Assembly (NCBI RefSeq): GCF_018977255.1
Contig: NW_024704771.1
Span: 2,046,001-2,110,000 of the forward strand
Length of the DNA stretch: 64,000 bases
Source of the DNA: Callorhinchus milii
Taxonomy: Eukaryota
Direction: 5' to 3'
Shown: piece by piece, positions 1 through 12,672 of the stretch
Layout: every line of letters starts with the position of its first letter
How positions within the stretch are numbered: the stretch's first letter is position 1
The notes under the pieces: model-generated
Databases searched by the model: none
Seen by the model: only the letters and a program-made list of their open reading frames with translations
What the model was told of the DNA's origin: nothing
Translations under genes and position numbers: made by a program

Positions 1-127
1 GTGTTGGGTGACTGGAGGCAGTGCCTTGAGACATCATGGCAGTGGGGTTAAAATCTATATCAAACGCAAAGAAAAAGAACAAAAAAAAAGCAATCAAAAT
101 GTTCTGTCTCTTGTCCCAAACGTACAG

Positions 128-3100
128 CCTCTCATCTCGCCCCGTCAGTCTGCTCTACAGTAGATGGGAATTCGACGGCAAAGACAGACACTTGCACGTG
201 CTCACTAACCCGGGTAAGTGAACAGTCAGAAGCTTCAGACAAACAGCCATTATTGTAAGCCCCATCATCCGTGGCCGGTGTCAACTGTGACACATGATGG
301 GGCTTACAATAATGGAGGGAATTGACAAGTATGTTCCCGTGTTCCTATGTAACAATATTTCTGTGTTTCCGTGTTTCTATGTACCTATGTTTCCGTGTTC
401 CCATGTTCCTATGTACATGTTTCTGTGTTCCCGTGTTCCTATATACATATGTTTCTGTGTTCCCGTGTTCCTATGTATATATGTTTCTGTGTTCCTGTGT
501 TCCTATGTACATGTTTTGGTGTTCCCGTGTTCCTATATACATATGTTTCTGTGTTCCCGTGTTCCGGTTGTCAGTCAGGGTAATAATTCTTTCAAAAGTA
601 AATAATAATAATAAACAAAAAATTGGTCGCTCAATCCACAACTGTTTGTGGGATGCTGCTGTGCGCAATTGGCTGCCGTATTTTTCCCACAAAATACACA
701 GTTAATTCACTTTACAGTATATCCTGTGAAGCGCTTTGAGACATCTCGAAGACGTGATAAAAAGCTGTATCAAATGCAAGGATTATTATTATTATGTCTT
801 CACCCCTTGGATGGCTAGGATGGGTATTGCAGGACATTCGAATGAGGAATGTGATTTGCCCTCGCAAAAAGGAAGTGGAGATACAGGAATACAGAGCTCA
901 CTTGAGCACATGGTCACCAGGCTCAAGTGAGCTCTGTAGAATAAAAACCCTTATTATTATATTAAGTTTACTTTTTGAAGGGATTATTAACCCCGGAAAA
1001 GAGATCCACCAACCAACTAACAACCAGGTTCCTACTTACTGCCGGGTAAACAGAGGCTCGTGTGTGTGGAGTAAGGAAACTCACCCAAGGTTTTGCCCTG
1101 CCCGGAATTAGGCGAGTGCTCTAACCACTGAGCTCTACTTGTTCGAGTTTCAGCTCCATATTGTCCTTTGACAATTTAGGGGCCGAGAGGGTTTGGGGGA
1201 GAGGGGGATTGGGGCTTGACTGCGGGGAAAATCTTTCATACTCCACAGAATATGGTGCTCTCAAAGTGAAAAGTGTTTTGGTCTAATTCGGTTAATGGAG
1301 GTTGATGAAGAACTAACCTCGCTCACCAATAACAAAAGTATTGTGAATGACATTTTGATGTGGTGAGGTGCTATCAGATCGCAAGTTTCTTCTTTCTCTC
1401 AACCTGGCTTGCAAGGGAAGTGAGTGAGGAAAAAACAACTCAAAATGTTTCTGCTGAGCTTTTGAGAGCCGAATGTTTCCATTGACACAGGAAAGAATAC
1501 TCCAGCAGCAAAGGTCTTGATCATCTCATATATTCAGCTGCTGTCAGCAGAACACAGCGAGTGAGCGAGCGAGTTCTCCTTTCCATTGTTAACCAACCAA
1601 CTAATCAACCACATTGGCTTTAGTGTCAAACCACTTTCATGTTTGGTTTCTTTTCAATTGTCAGCTTTTACATTGAAACGCAAAACACTTGGGTTTATAT
1701 AGCTCCTTATCACGTCGAAACATCTCCATGTATCACATGTAACATTAACCGTTTATCTTCCGAGGGGTGGGGGGGGGGAGGGGAGGGCGCGGGGGTTAAA
1801 CGAGGTGACTGTGGAGCTGAACTGCCCCAAGGTGACAGGCCGTCGCAATGGAATGTGGGAATTGAACCAGTCTCCAGTCTGGTTCCTGAGCCAGACAGGT
1901 CCGTGGTATTCCAGGTCACTGCTGATGGCAGCACAGCCTTGGCTCATCAGCAAAACCTGGAAGAGCAAACCAGTCACTGGGGGCAGGGAATCATCTCACT
2001 CAGCTCCTGTTAAACCTGCAGCCAAAGCTCTAACGGGTACGGTGGCCCTAGCTGGATAAGCAGCGGGAAAGTTTGCCAGAGAGCAACATGAATGGCAAGT
2101 TTTAGCTGGTTAGACTCCAGCAGTTACCCCAACACACACTTTGGGGTCCCCAAGCCTTGGCTCTTGCCAACCAGCCTGATACTTCACAGAATTAGATAAG
2201 CAGGATGGCAGGATACGTCCCTCCAGGGAGAGAGTGGGCAATCCATTTCAACAATCTATCTCTGGGATTTTCATGTGACGGTGGGATGCAAGAAAATCTC
2301 AGCTTGGTTGGGATGCTCTCAAGCATGGTGATGGGTTTCTGCATGTATCAGACACCCTGCTGACAAAACAAAAACCTGTTAAGTGTAGTGACTGCTTTTG
2401 GAGGTAAACGCCCCACCGTTTGCACTCAGTGCGAGACCAGGGAGCAATTTATCTGAGGGTCTATCAACCAGGAATCGGGAGAAACTCTCTCCTCCTTTCG
2501 AATAGTGCCACAAGAGCTTTAACATTCACATGAACAGGCTTCAGTTTGACATCTCATTCTGACAATACAACGTCAGCCTGGACTGTGAGCTCAAAGTCAC
2601 CAATGCCGGGCTTGAGGTCCTGTCTGCGCCTGTTCAGCTGGACGTTTTGTGGAGTCCTGTAGCTCAGTGGTTAGAGCACTCACCGCGCAAGCGAGAGGAC
2701 CCGGGTTCGAAATCTTAGGCAGGTTTCCTTACTCCACACGCCTGTGTTTTTCTAGCAGCGAGAGGAACCCAGTTGTTAATCGATTGGGTGGATTGCTTTT
2801 CTGGAGGTATTCATCCCTTCTAAAAAAAATTTAATTTAAAAAAAATTATCTGTTCACTCAATCCACGACTGTTTGTGGTACGCTGCTGTGTGCAATTGGC
2901 TGCAACAAAAAATACGGTCAATTCAGTTTACAGTATATTCGGTGAAGCATTTGGAGGCGTTTTGAAGATCGGATAAGGCACTATATCAAATGCAAAGATG
3001 ATGATTATTATTATTAGTAATACGATAGCCTTTCCTCCAGTGGATGAAAACCAGGCCTGTGGCTGTGCAGTGAGTCTGGGTTTCACTCTGGGTGACCCAC

Positions 3101-5931
3101 TTCATGTGATGGGCACCGATGATTAAACAGCAAGATCGGAATTTTATCACAACAGGAAAACCTGCCATGTGGGTTTCAACTGAGTGGAAACTCGTAACAG
3201 TTACTGGGAAATTACGAAGTGCTCAGAGCGAATAACAAGCGAGTTAATGTAAGAGAACAGACCAGGCTTGAGGCAGGAGGAAACACACTTTATATAGTAT
3301 TAGTGATAAGTTACACAGCTCAGTTGCTAGGCTCCAACTAAACCAGGAGTGACAAGCTCGTCCCGTTTCAGTTAACGCCGGTGACTTAGTGGGCCCTGCG
3401 GTAAAATGAATAAAGGAAAAAGATATAAACAAGTAACAGTTTCGATATGACTTTGCCTCACTATAATAATAAAACTTGAGAGTCCTGTGGCTCAGTGGTT
3501 AGAGCATTCTCTCTAACATTAAACAAAGTAAGAAAAAAAATAATTTGGACACTTTAACCCACAACTGTGGGTTTATTCTTATTAACAATAAAACTTGTCT
3601 TTGATATAGCGCCTTATCACGATGTTGAGATTTTTTTTTGGTGGGGAGGGATTATTGCCCGGAAAGCGATCCGCCAATCGACTAACAGCCAGATCTCTAT
3701 TTACTGCCGGGGAAGCAGAGGCGTGAGAAGTAAGCAAACGAGGTTGAGGTTTTGTCCTGCCTGGGAATCGAACCAGGGTTCTCTCGCTTGCGAAGCGAGT
3801 GCTCTAACCACTGAGTTACAGGACTCCACAAACTCAATGGTAATTGTTTGTCGTTGTGTGTGTGCATGAGCAAATGCAATCTGTATGCCAACTTATTGGC
3901 TATTTTGACTATTTTTACTGACTGTGTGAGCTATCATGGGCTGAACATGTACATGTACAGGTCATGGGCTGAATGGGAAAGTCACTCATGCAGTGCAGAA
4001 CCACAGGTTTCAATACATGGCTTATGTTATCAAGAGGAGGGTTGATTTAAAGAATATCTCAGATCAGCACAGGATAATCAACGCCAGTTCAGAAACTACA
4101 TTTAAAAAATGGAAATATATTTTTTAAATTTAAAATATCACCAGGAGAGCTGTAAGTTTGCCCTCCCACCTCACACACACACACCCCTCCCCCACTCCCA
4201 CACCCGATCTACGCCTGCCCCCCCTTGTTACCCTCGGAGAGGGGATTCAGTCGTATGGTCGGTGATTGAGAGTGAAACTTGTCTCTTCACTTCTCACGCG
4301 ATTACAAACTTGGCTCCAATGCGCCCCTCACTGGCCAACCTTAACCCACAGCGTCCAATTGTGTGTGTGTGTGTGTACAGTCTATGTGTGAGTGTATAGT
4401 CTGTGTGTGTCTACAGTCTGTGTGTGCACAGTCAGTGTGTGTACAGTATATTGACTATATAGAGAAACACTGATTATTCATAGATTCATAGAATGTTACG
4501 ACACAGAAGGAGGCCATTCGGCCCATCACGTCTGTGCGGCTCTTTGACAGAGCGTCACTTTCACTAACCCCACTCACCAGCTTTCTCCTCATAACTCTGC
4601 AAACCCGTCTTCTCCAGATACCTGTCCAGTTCTCTGTTAAAAGCTGTTATCGAATCGGACTTCACTGCCCTTTCGGGCAGATCATTCCAAATTCGAACAA
4701 CTCGCTGAGTGAAAACATTCCTTCTAACCTCTCCTCTGCTTCTTTTGGTAGATATCTTAAGACTGTAACCACAAGTCACAGACACACCTACCAGCGGAAA
4801 CAGCTTTTCCCTATCTCGCCTGTTGAAACCTTTCATGATCTTGAAGACCTCTATCAGGTCCCCGCGTAACCTTCTCTGCTCTAATGGGAAAAGTCCTAAC
4901 TTCTCCACTGTCCTCATAGCTAAGGTTCCCCATTCCTGGTATCATTCTCGTGATCTCCTCTGCACCCTTTCCAGTGCCTTAATGTCCTTCCTGAGGTAAG
5001 GTGCCCAGAACTGGACGCAGTACTCCAGCTGAGGCCTAACCAGTGTTTTGTACAGATTAACCATAACCCCTACTCTTATACTCTATGCCCCTACTAATAA
5101 AGTTCAGTACACCAAATGCCTTTTTACTGCCTTATCTACCTGCCCCACTACCTTTAATGATTTGCTTACTTGAACACCCAGATCTCTCTGTACGTTCACC
5201 CCCCTTAAGATTGAGCTACCAAGTCTATATTGCCTTCTATCATTTTTCCTACCTAAGTGTATCACCTCACACTTTCTACATTAAATACACACTCACACTA
5301 CAGTGTGTGAAGTATACAGTATACTGTTTACAGCCTATGTGTGAGTATGTGTACAGTCAGTGTGAATATACAGTCATTGTGTCACTAAATAAACGCAAGT
5401 TAATGATAATATTCCTTGCATTTGATGTCATGCCTTATCATGTATTCGAGGTGTCTCAAAGCACTTCACAGAATATACTGTAAAGTGAATTGACTGTATA
5501 CTTTGTGGGTGAAACACGGCAGCCAATTGTGCGCAGCAGCGTACCACAAAGTCATGGATTGAGTGACCAATTTATTATTATTATTTTATTTTTTATTTTT
5601 GAAGGCATTATTGCGCCCTGGAAAAAGTGATCCACCAACCGACTAACTGCTCCTAGTTACTACTCGGTAAACAGAGGCTTGTGTGTGGATTAATGAAACT
5701 TTGCCAATGTTTCGCCTTGTGTGTGTACAGTCAGTGTATGACTGTTCCTGACTGTTCCTCACTGTTGTCTCCCCACAGCTGCCCCACTCCCAGCCCAGCC
5801 CGGAGGAAGTGACGTATGCAGAGATCAAGTGGATGCCAATGAGGAGACCGAACCCAGAGACCAGGACACTGCGTGCTCACGCTGACTGTGCACACACTGA
5901 GTACACCAGTATCCGAGCTCACACGCACTGA
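128..5931 (+). CDS. 3' end (cytoplasmic tail) of an inhibitory immune receptor, probably Ig superfamily; exons 128-213 (tentative) and 5779-5931
   Basis: Exon 5779-5931 follows a pyrimidine-rich acceptor (ctgttgtctccccacag) and reads [50 protein letters not shown]: ITIM VTYAEI plus distal ITSM TEYTSI, the arrangement of Siglec/CD300/NITR-type tails. Exon 128-213 (cag|...CGG|gtaagt) is open in a phase1-to-phase0 frame that joins it. Ectodomain exons would lie left of the window. Confidence 0.62.
329..565. repeat. Minisatellite of ~30-34 nt (atgtttctgtgttcccgtgttcctatgtac-like)
   Basis: Directly visible tandem units; they explain the Cys/Val/Phe-rich ORFs at 294-705. Confidence 0.9.
2651..3016 (+). 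mobile_element. Full-length tRNA-headed SINE (family A) with L2-like 3' tail
   Basis: A box (tagctcagtgg), B box (ggttcgaaatc), shared body (ctgctgtgtgcaattggctgc), tail ...ctatatcaaatgcaaagatgatgattattatt; more than a dozen related copies or fragments in the window. Confidence 0.85.
3597..3829 (-). mobile_element. Family A SINE, internally deleted
   Basis: Reverse complement of the tRNA-like head (gagtgctctaaccactgagttacaggactcc) and of the tail. Confidence 0.8.
4473..5280 (-). mobile_element. CR1 LINE 3' fragment
   Basis: ORF 4564-4917 ([19 protein letters not shown]...[13 protein letters not shown]) is the CR1 ORF2 C-terminus; CR1 3' UTR motif ggccattcggccc. Confidence 0.9.
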
Positions 5932-6090
5932 CACACACACACACACTAAGTACACCAGTATCCGAGCTCACACACACTGACACACACACTGAGTACACCA
6001 GTATCTGAGCTCACACACACTGACACACACATACACACTGAGTACACCACTATCTGAGCTCACACACACTGACACACACACACAATGAGT
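5895..6090 (+). repeat. Minisatellite (~5 units) whose first unit encodes the ITSM TEYTSI
   Basis: Unit actgagtacaccagtatc(c/t)gagctcacacacactga(ca)n repeated straight after the stop codon at 5929-5931. Confidence 0.85.
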
Positions 6091-7082
6091 ACTGCCTGAT
6101 TAGAACTGGAGTTCTGACCCCAGACAAATGCATCACCATGTGAAAGAACTGGGACCAATCATGGAACAAACCTGTGCAATGGACATATACCGCTGTGGGC
6201 AACTGCTAACCGACTGCCACCCAGAATTAGAGAGTGATGATATAAAGAGGATTCTGATAAACGCACTAACCCTTTCACTAAAAACAAAAATTCCCCGTTA
6301 TGCTTTTGGGGCTACAGTCAGAGATGCTGAATTTATGCAAATAATACAGGAGGCATTGGGAATGGGTACCATCCAGGACCCAGCGCGGGAATACGACTTG
6401 GTTAGACAGGAAAAAGACGAGACCCCTTGGCTTTTCATGAGCGTCTAATAATAATAATAATCCGCACAGGTTAGCGTTATCGAAACAGTTAGACCTTCTG
6501 CCCCACCGGCGCCTCAACCGACCCATCTTACATTCCCTCAAGCCAATTTTGAGGAGGATGAATCAGAGTACTGACAACACACAGCCCCCGCACTGCTTCC
6601 ACCATCTCTGAGTACTCGATTATTGCATTTAAACGAATCTTGGATAATCGTCCTTTTGTGTCTGTTACACAGTCCCACAGACTATGCTCATACACTCCGG
6701 GACGAACGCCACCTTATTTCATTCAGAAGACCCAAACGCATTCCTGGGGACCACTAATCAAATACATGAAGTAAAGGGTTTCGAAGGGTTACAACAGGCA
6801 AGAGTGATATTACAACCGACATCACTGTGGGTCGTGTAAATCTTAAAGTTATAGAGCCCATCGCCATCCCGATTCGGAATAAAAAAGGTACATTGGAGTC
6901 CGATGTACTATCTGATAACGGTATAATTGTGGATTACACCAATTCCTGCTTATGGATCTCAGTAACAAACAGCAATAATAGAAAAGGTAACTGTATCATT
7001 TCTGATGCGTTTGCAATCTCAGCTATAAAAACTGACACGGAGTACAAGCCATTAAAGCATTCTGACAAATTTATAATAATAA

Positions 7083-7272
7083 TATAATAATAATCCTTGC
7101 ATTTGATATAGCGCTTTTCACGTCGTGAGGACATCCCAAAGCGCTTCACAGAACACACTGTAAAGTGAATTGACTGTATATTTGTGGGCGAACGCGGCAG
7201 CCAATTGCGCACAGCAATGGCCCACAAACAGTCGTAGATTGAAAATGACCAATTTATTATTGTTTTTGGTTG
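7083..7272 (-). mobile_element. Family A SINE 3' half inserted between pro and RT of the ERV
   Basis: taataatccttgcatttgatatagcgcttttcacg...gccaattgcgcacagc is the reverse of the SINE tail and body. Confidence 0.85.
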
Positions 7273-7965
7273 TTTAAATGAGCGAGCTATTGCTAAACAT
7301 AAATTTAATTGTGGGAGATTGAAAGAGGTGGAGTGCATCAATGGACCTGTGCACCTCCCCGTACAGTAATACCCGGTACCGCGGGAAAGCCACCCCTGTG
7401 TTAAAAGGACAATTGAGTCACTTCTTAAACAAAAAGTCATTACGAAAAGGACCTTCATAACTAATCTACCCATATGGTCTGTGCGCAAACCCGACAGGAG
7501 CTGGAGACTCACTGTTGATTATAGGCGACTCAATTCCGTAACTCATATTTGTGCACTCGTGGTGAGCGACGCACCGACCATCCTATCTCAAATTCCCAGA
7601 TCTGCTACTCCACCTTGGACATATCCAACGGCCTTTGGAGTCTTCCCGTGGAAGGTGATGACCAATATAAATTTGCATTCACTTTCGATGGGCAACAGTA
7701 TACGTGGACGCGCTTTCTCCAACGGTTCCATAATTCCCCTACAATATTCAATAAATGAATGTATGGTACACTCAGAGATTTGGAAGCGTCACCCTGTTCG
7801 GCTGTCTTGCAGTACATTGATGATGTGTTAATTGTAGCAGAGACAGCAGAACAACATTATACCCTACTAGCAGACGTGTTTAACAGACTGAAAGGAGCAG
7901 GGTTAAAAGTTAACCCCAGGAAAGCTCAGCTGCTGTTGTCCACAGTAAACTTTTTGGGTATAACT

Positions 7966-7988
7966 TCCCTAACCCTAACCCTAACCCT
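7966..7988. repeat. Short interstitial telomeric tract, T(CCCTAA)3CCCT, inserted in ERV pol
   Basis: Removing these 23 nt restores the RT frame FLG-ITITTQG-LKTDTRKVETV. Confidence 0.85.
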
Positions 7989-10378
7989 ATAACAACACAA
8001 GGGTTGAAAACCGACACCCGCAAGGTGGAAACGGTACGACGGTTACCACTGCCCCCAAGACGGCATTACGATCATCTTGGGACTCACGGGATATCAGCAA
8101 TCCTTCATTCCTCGGTTCGCTGAGATAGCGAGACCACTGTACGACCTATTGCCCAGTGAAGACAAGGACATTCAGAATACTAACCGGAGTCGAACAACAA
8201 TGTGATCCTTGTGAACGCCACCTTTTAGCAAATTGTTGGGCGGTAGAACAGTTCACGTATATTAACGGGATGCAGAAGGTGATTTTACATTCTGCACACA
8301 CACCACTGAGATTTCTGCGCAAACCCGGCGACACGTTGATCTCTTCACAGCAGCTGAATCGGTGGACCCTGTCGTTGGTGGGACGAGACATTGATATTAC
8401 ACCACGACAGGTAACTTTAATCCCGCAGATGCTGCAATACAACGGAACTGAACACACTTGCCCATTGCCGCTTCTCCAGTTCCCGGATCACCCGGTATCC
8501 CAGAGTCTGGTGCGATCTAGCAATGTTAGTGATGTTTACGTGGATGGCTTATCCTACTATGTGAGTGGACTTCATCATACCGGCTTCGCGGTGATCTTAC
8601 TGGACAGGACTATCACCTTTTCGTGCAAAACCCATTCGGCCCAATATGCAGAGTTGGCAGCTGTGGTTACAGCTGTGCACGAAATCTCCACACAGGCCTG
8701 CAATATTTGGTCGGATTCAGCGTATGCGGTGAACACAGTACGGTTTCTACCACTGTATGCCTCCAGGGAGTTCTATTCAGTAGACAACTGATCCTTGAGG
8801 CATTGACTTCTGTTGTCTCAACTGTGGCTGGCTCTCCAAGACCGACATCCACCCCTGCATGTGGGAAAAGTCAAGGCACACTCACCCAGTGACTCCCATC
8901 ACAGAGGGAACAAAGCCGTCGATCTTGCCGCCAGACAAGCTGCACTGCAAGGGGAGGTATGGCAGCCACCTTGGAAAAGCAGTGAATGCTGTGAACTCAC
9001 CCACCACACCTCTCAACCTGACCAGCATACAAAGCTATCTTTCATCCATACCAAGTCACCATCGAATGGCACCTACGATCACAGCCGTTGCCACAACTCA
9101 GTGGGCCCACAGATCCACCCTTGTAAAGAACCTAGAAACAGATCGCCCACTTTTGATGTACAAAGGAACTGCACCAGGACAAGATGTTGCGTGTGCTCCC
9201 CCTGAAATGTCTGAAGACTTTTTCCATCTTTTTCATACCAGATGGTGGCCATCTATCGGGAAAGATATCACGGATCATTACAACCGGTGTTTTGTGTGTC
9301 TCCAGCACAACCCAGGCATAAAAGAAATATTGTACAGACCATCCCGCTCAGTGGGCGCAAATGCTACCAATGTGTCTCATGGCAATTAGGTCGACCTCGC
9401 ATTCCACCACACGAGTCTCTCCCTATCAAGTTATGACAGGGAGGATAATGTGACTACCCGGACACTTACTGACCCCCAAACCATTAGGTGCCACATTGGA
9501 AGGCAATCCAAATTCGCAGGGGGCCATGAATGAGTGCTGGGTCCTGAAAGTGGTAGAGCGCGCGGTGACAGGGTCGATGGGTAAACACTGACAGTTCAAG
9601 GAGAAGTGATAGTATTAAGAATGTCATTGGTCTGATTTATTTTATGTAACTTACTTTGTCTATTCCAGTATTTCAGTGATGCTCAAAGCCAGCGGGCAAA
9701 GACAGAGAGAACATCCACTCAAATAATATTTCACATTTCTGTGGCCTAATCATGATATTATTGATAATGCTGTAATTACAGATGCTAATATGAAGATTCT
9801 GATGGTGAGAGTGGGGCAGTGTTGTCAGCTTCACCCACTCGAGGTGGGGACTGGACATTTCGCAAACCCAGAATTCATGTTTGTCTTAAGTTAACCAAAA
9901 AGGATATCGCGAAGACTCATGGACTTGTTTTGCTCAAATAGAATTGATTGACATTGGTAAGATAAAGGCTGCCAAGAACAAAAGTATACCGACCTTGAAA
10001 GATACGTTTTTAACCCTACAATGAATGGTAAAAACAAGCTGTTGAAGGTCTCACTGCCGACTTGGCAGATGTGACTAAAAAGATCTAAGTTTGGGAACGA
10101 AGAAGACAAGTCTAACCGATCTTAAGAAGAGATATTCTACAATCAACATTGATCGAACCACGTTAACAAGTCGATCCCTAATCACAGCCACTGCATGAAT
10201 CTGATTAATTAATTGCATTGAACTTTATTACTCATGTCTTATGCGTTTGTGATTGCCGAAGCCATAATTTTATATACAATTGTGTCTTTATGTTGTTTTA
10301 TTCGCTTTATTGGTCTTGGTGTATTTGTGAGACCTCATTATTATCATTATTTCGGGGACTGTTAGATTGAGGAGAATA

Positions 10379-10838
10379 TGTAGAAATTATAACACCTTAT
10401 AGCAATTATAAGACAGGGTTTAAAATGTTAAAAGAATACTGTGGCTGTCGGTTTCAGGCACAGTGAGAAGCTGGCACAACCTTTAATTCTGATGTATGAG
10501 GTAAGGGCCATCTGGAGATAAGGGGAAGACCATGAGCATAATTATTAGTATATTTAGTATAATTATTAGTATTATTAGTATAATTGGGGTGCCACCAGAC
10601 AGAGGTGAGGGGTGGTAGCAGAGCCAGAAAGAGAGAACGTGAGTACAGTAAAAGATTGAGCCTGAGGAGCAGATACGAAAGACTGAAATCAGTCTACGGA
10701 CTACATAGAACTGGTAGTATGACTATTTACCTCTTTTGCTATATACTCATAAACTGTTTGTGAATAATAAACCATCATACCTTCATTAAGGATTGCTGAG
10801 TCATTATTTCGGATCCTCGGGATCGGTATATCCTAACA
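10379..10838 (+). repeat. 3' LTR of the ERV
   Basis: TGT...ACA termini, purine tract gaggagaa just upstream, AATAAA at 10766-10771, abrupt switch to L2 sequence at 10839. Confidence 0.65.
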
Positions 10839-12672
10839 AGTTCCAGAGTGTGGAAGCAGAGATGCTTAATGCTCGACCAACAATGGTGGGGCGGAAACTG
10901 TGGGGGGACCTGAAGCAGCCGGTGTCTGCCGAGTGGAGGGAGCGGACAGGCTTATATGGGGGTCAGGAGGTCGGAAGAGGTGGGGGGGAGCAAGAACATG
11001 GAGGGCCTTGAAGGTGAGAACAAGGGTTTTATACTCGATTCCCTGAGGGATGGGGAGTCACTCTGGGTAAGAGCGGGGGGGGATAGGCTCGCGGAGGCTG
11101 GTGCGGGAGATGACACAAGTTGCAGAGTTCTGAATAACCAGTAGGGAGAATGGCAAAGATGATCCCATCAGCCTGAAACGCTGGAGACCATGACAGCTGC
11201 CTGAGGATTCCTACCTGTGTGTGGGGTTTCTCAGGTAGATTGTGAGAGTGTGATGTGTTTCATGTAATAAATATGTATTTAATGAAGCTGCGTGTCGTGT
11301 GTGTGGCTTAGCTGTCCTCAACGGCTCAAAGCGAAGGCGTGTGTTCTGATACAATTCCAACCGGTTGTTAGTCGATTGCTGGATCGCTATTCTGGGGGTA
11401 ATAATTTCTTTTAAAAAAATAAATTGGTCACCTCATAAATGGTTGTTCGTGGGGACACTGTTGTACGCAATTGGCTGATGGGTTTCACCCACAACATATA
11501 CAGTCAATATACTGAGAAAAGTGACGTCTATTCAAGTGTAATGTGACAGTATTGTTGGTCTGGCTGACCTGTCACTGAAAACTACTTTAAAACCAATCAA
11601 ACGGCGTCAACAAAACTGCAATGGCATAATAATAATAATAAAATAATAATAATAAATAATAATCATTATTATTTGGTAATCACATCATCAAGGTGTCCCA
11701 AAACACTTAACAGTGTAATGTAATGACTGTGTGCTTTGTAGGCGATTGGGTCAGCCAATTTCCACACAGCAATATCCCACAAACAGCCGTGGAGCAAGTG
11801 ACCAATTTTATTTGGGGGAGTTGCTGGCCAGGACACCGGGTGAGAGAACTCCCTTTCGAACCCAGCCTGTAGATCCCTGTCTTAACCGAAATGTTAACAG
11901 AGATTCAATGCCAGGACTAGATCACAAGTTCACAAGATTGGTTTAGCTGAAGAAGGACCTTTGTCCCATCTTATCAAATCCTCCCAGAACATCCATCTCC
12001 CCCACAGCTGCTTTTTCAATAGGTCCAGTGTCCTGGCTTTAACCAGGCTTCCTGGCAACATGGTCTAGTTGTTAATTCCCCTCTTGCCAGATATGTCGGC
12101 ACTGCAATATTTAACCTTAGAAATTATTCCCCCGGAATAGCGATCCGGCAATCGACTAACAACCGGTTAGAATTGCATGAAATCACACGGCCTCGGTTTA
12201 AGCCGTTGAGGACAGCTAAGCCACACACACGACACGCAGCTTCATTAAATACATATTTATTGCACGAAACACATCACACTCTCCCAATCTACCTGAGAAA
12301 TCCCACACACAGGTAGGAATCCTCAGGCAGCTGTCGTGGGGTCTCCAGTGTTTCAGGCTGATGGGATCATCTCTGCCGTTCTCTTACTGGTTATTCAGAA
12401 CTCTGCAGCTCATGTCGTCTCCCACACCAGGCTCCGCGAGCCTATCACTCCCCACTCTTGCCTGGCCTCACTGGCTCCCCATCCCTCAGGGAATCAAGTA
12501 TAAAACCCTCGTTCTCAAGGCCCTCTATGTTGTTGCTCCCCCCCATCTCTCCTACCTCCTAACTCCATATCAGCCTGTCTGCTCCCTCCGCTCGATGGAC
12601 ACCAGCCCCGCACTTTCCGCCCCACCAATGGCGGTCGGGCATTCAACATCTCTGCACCCACACTCTGGAACT
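10839..12672. repeat. Inverted duplication, arms ~10839-11409 and ~12119-12672
   Basis: Arms are reverse complements over ~560 nt (L2 piece + unique segment with AATAAA + SINE piece), with a ~710-nt spacer. Confidence 0.85.

Larger units (their letters stand above)
6095..10838 (+). mobile_element. Decayed retrovirus-like LTR element (class III/loki/foamy-like ERV candidate); 5' LTR missing, integrase core deleted
   Basis: Gag MHR-like RQEKDETPWLFMS (~6400); degenerate protease MLIHSGTNATL (~6685); RT motifs IWSVRKPDRSWRLTVDYRRLN, FAFTFDGQQYTWTR, LQYIDD, FLG; tether region (8156-8450); RNase H VYVDG/SAQYAEL/IWSDSAY/KVKAH/GNKAVDLAARQAA; integrase zinc-binding remnant WWPSIGKD...CFVC; many stops and frameshifts. 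Confidence 0.8.

Noticed and set aside
36-221. ORF 36-221 frame of the first exon splicing (phase 1) onto the orphan B30.2 exon at 19660
   Set aside because: It would need a phase-2 entry and no BTN-like linker sequence is present; the phase1-to-0 frame joining the ITIM exon fits better. Only RNA data can exclude it.
1639-2400. GC-balanced unique-looking segment with ORFs 1639-2013 and 1805-2059 (VELNC...W faintly Ig-like)
   Set aside because: No convincing splice sites or second Ig cysteine and no motif I recognise; needs a BLAST/HMM search.
2651-2715. tRNA-like sequences with A/B boxes and Ala/Val-like anticodon loops (also at 21769, 23775, 32457, 55139 and reverse copies)
   Set aside because: Each continues into the same SINE body and tail, acceptor stems are poor and anticodons vary between copies; these are SINE heads, not tRNA genes.
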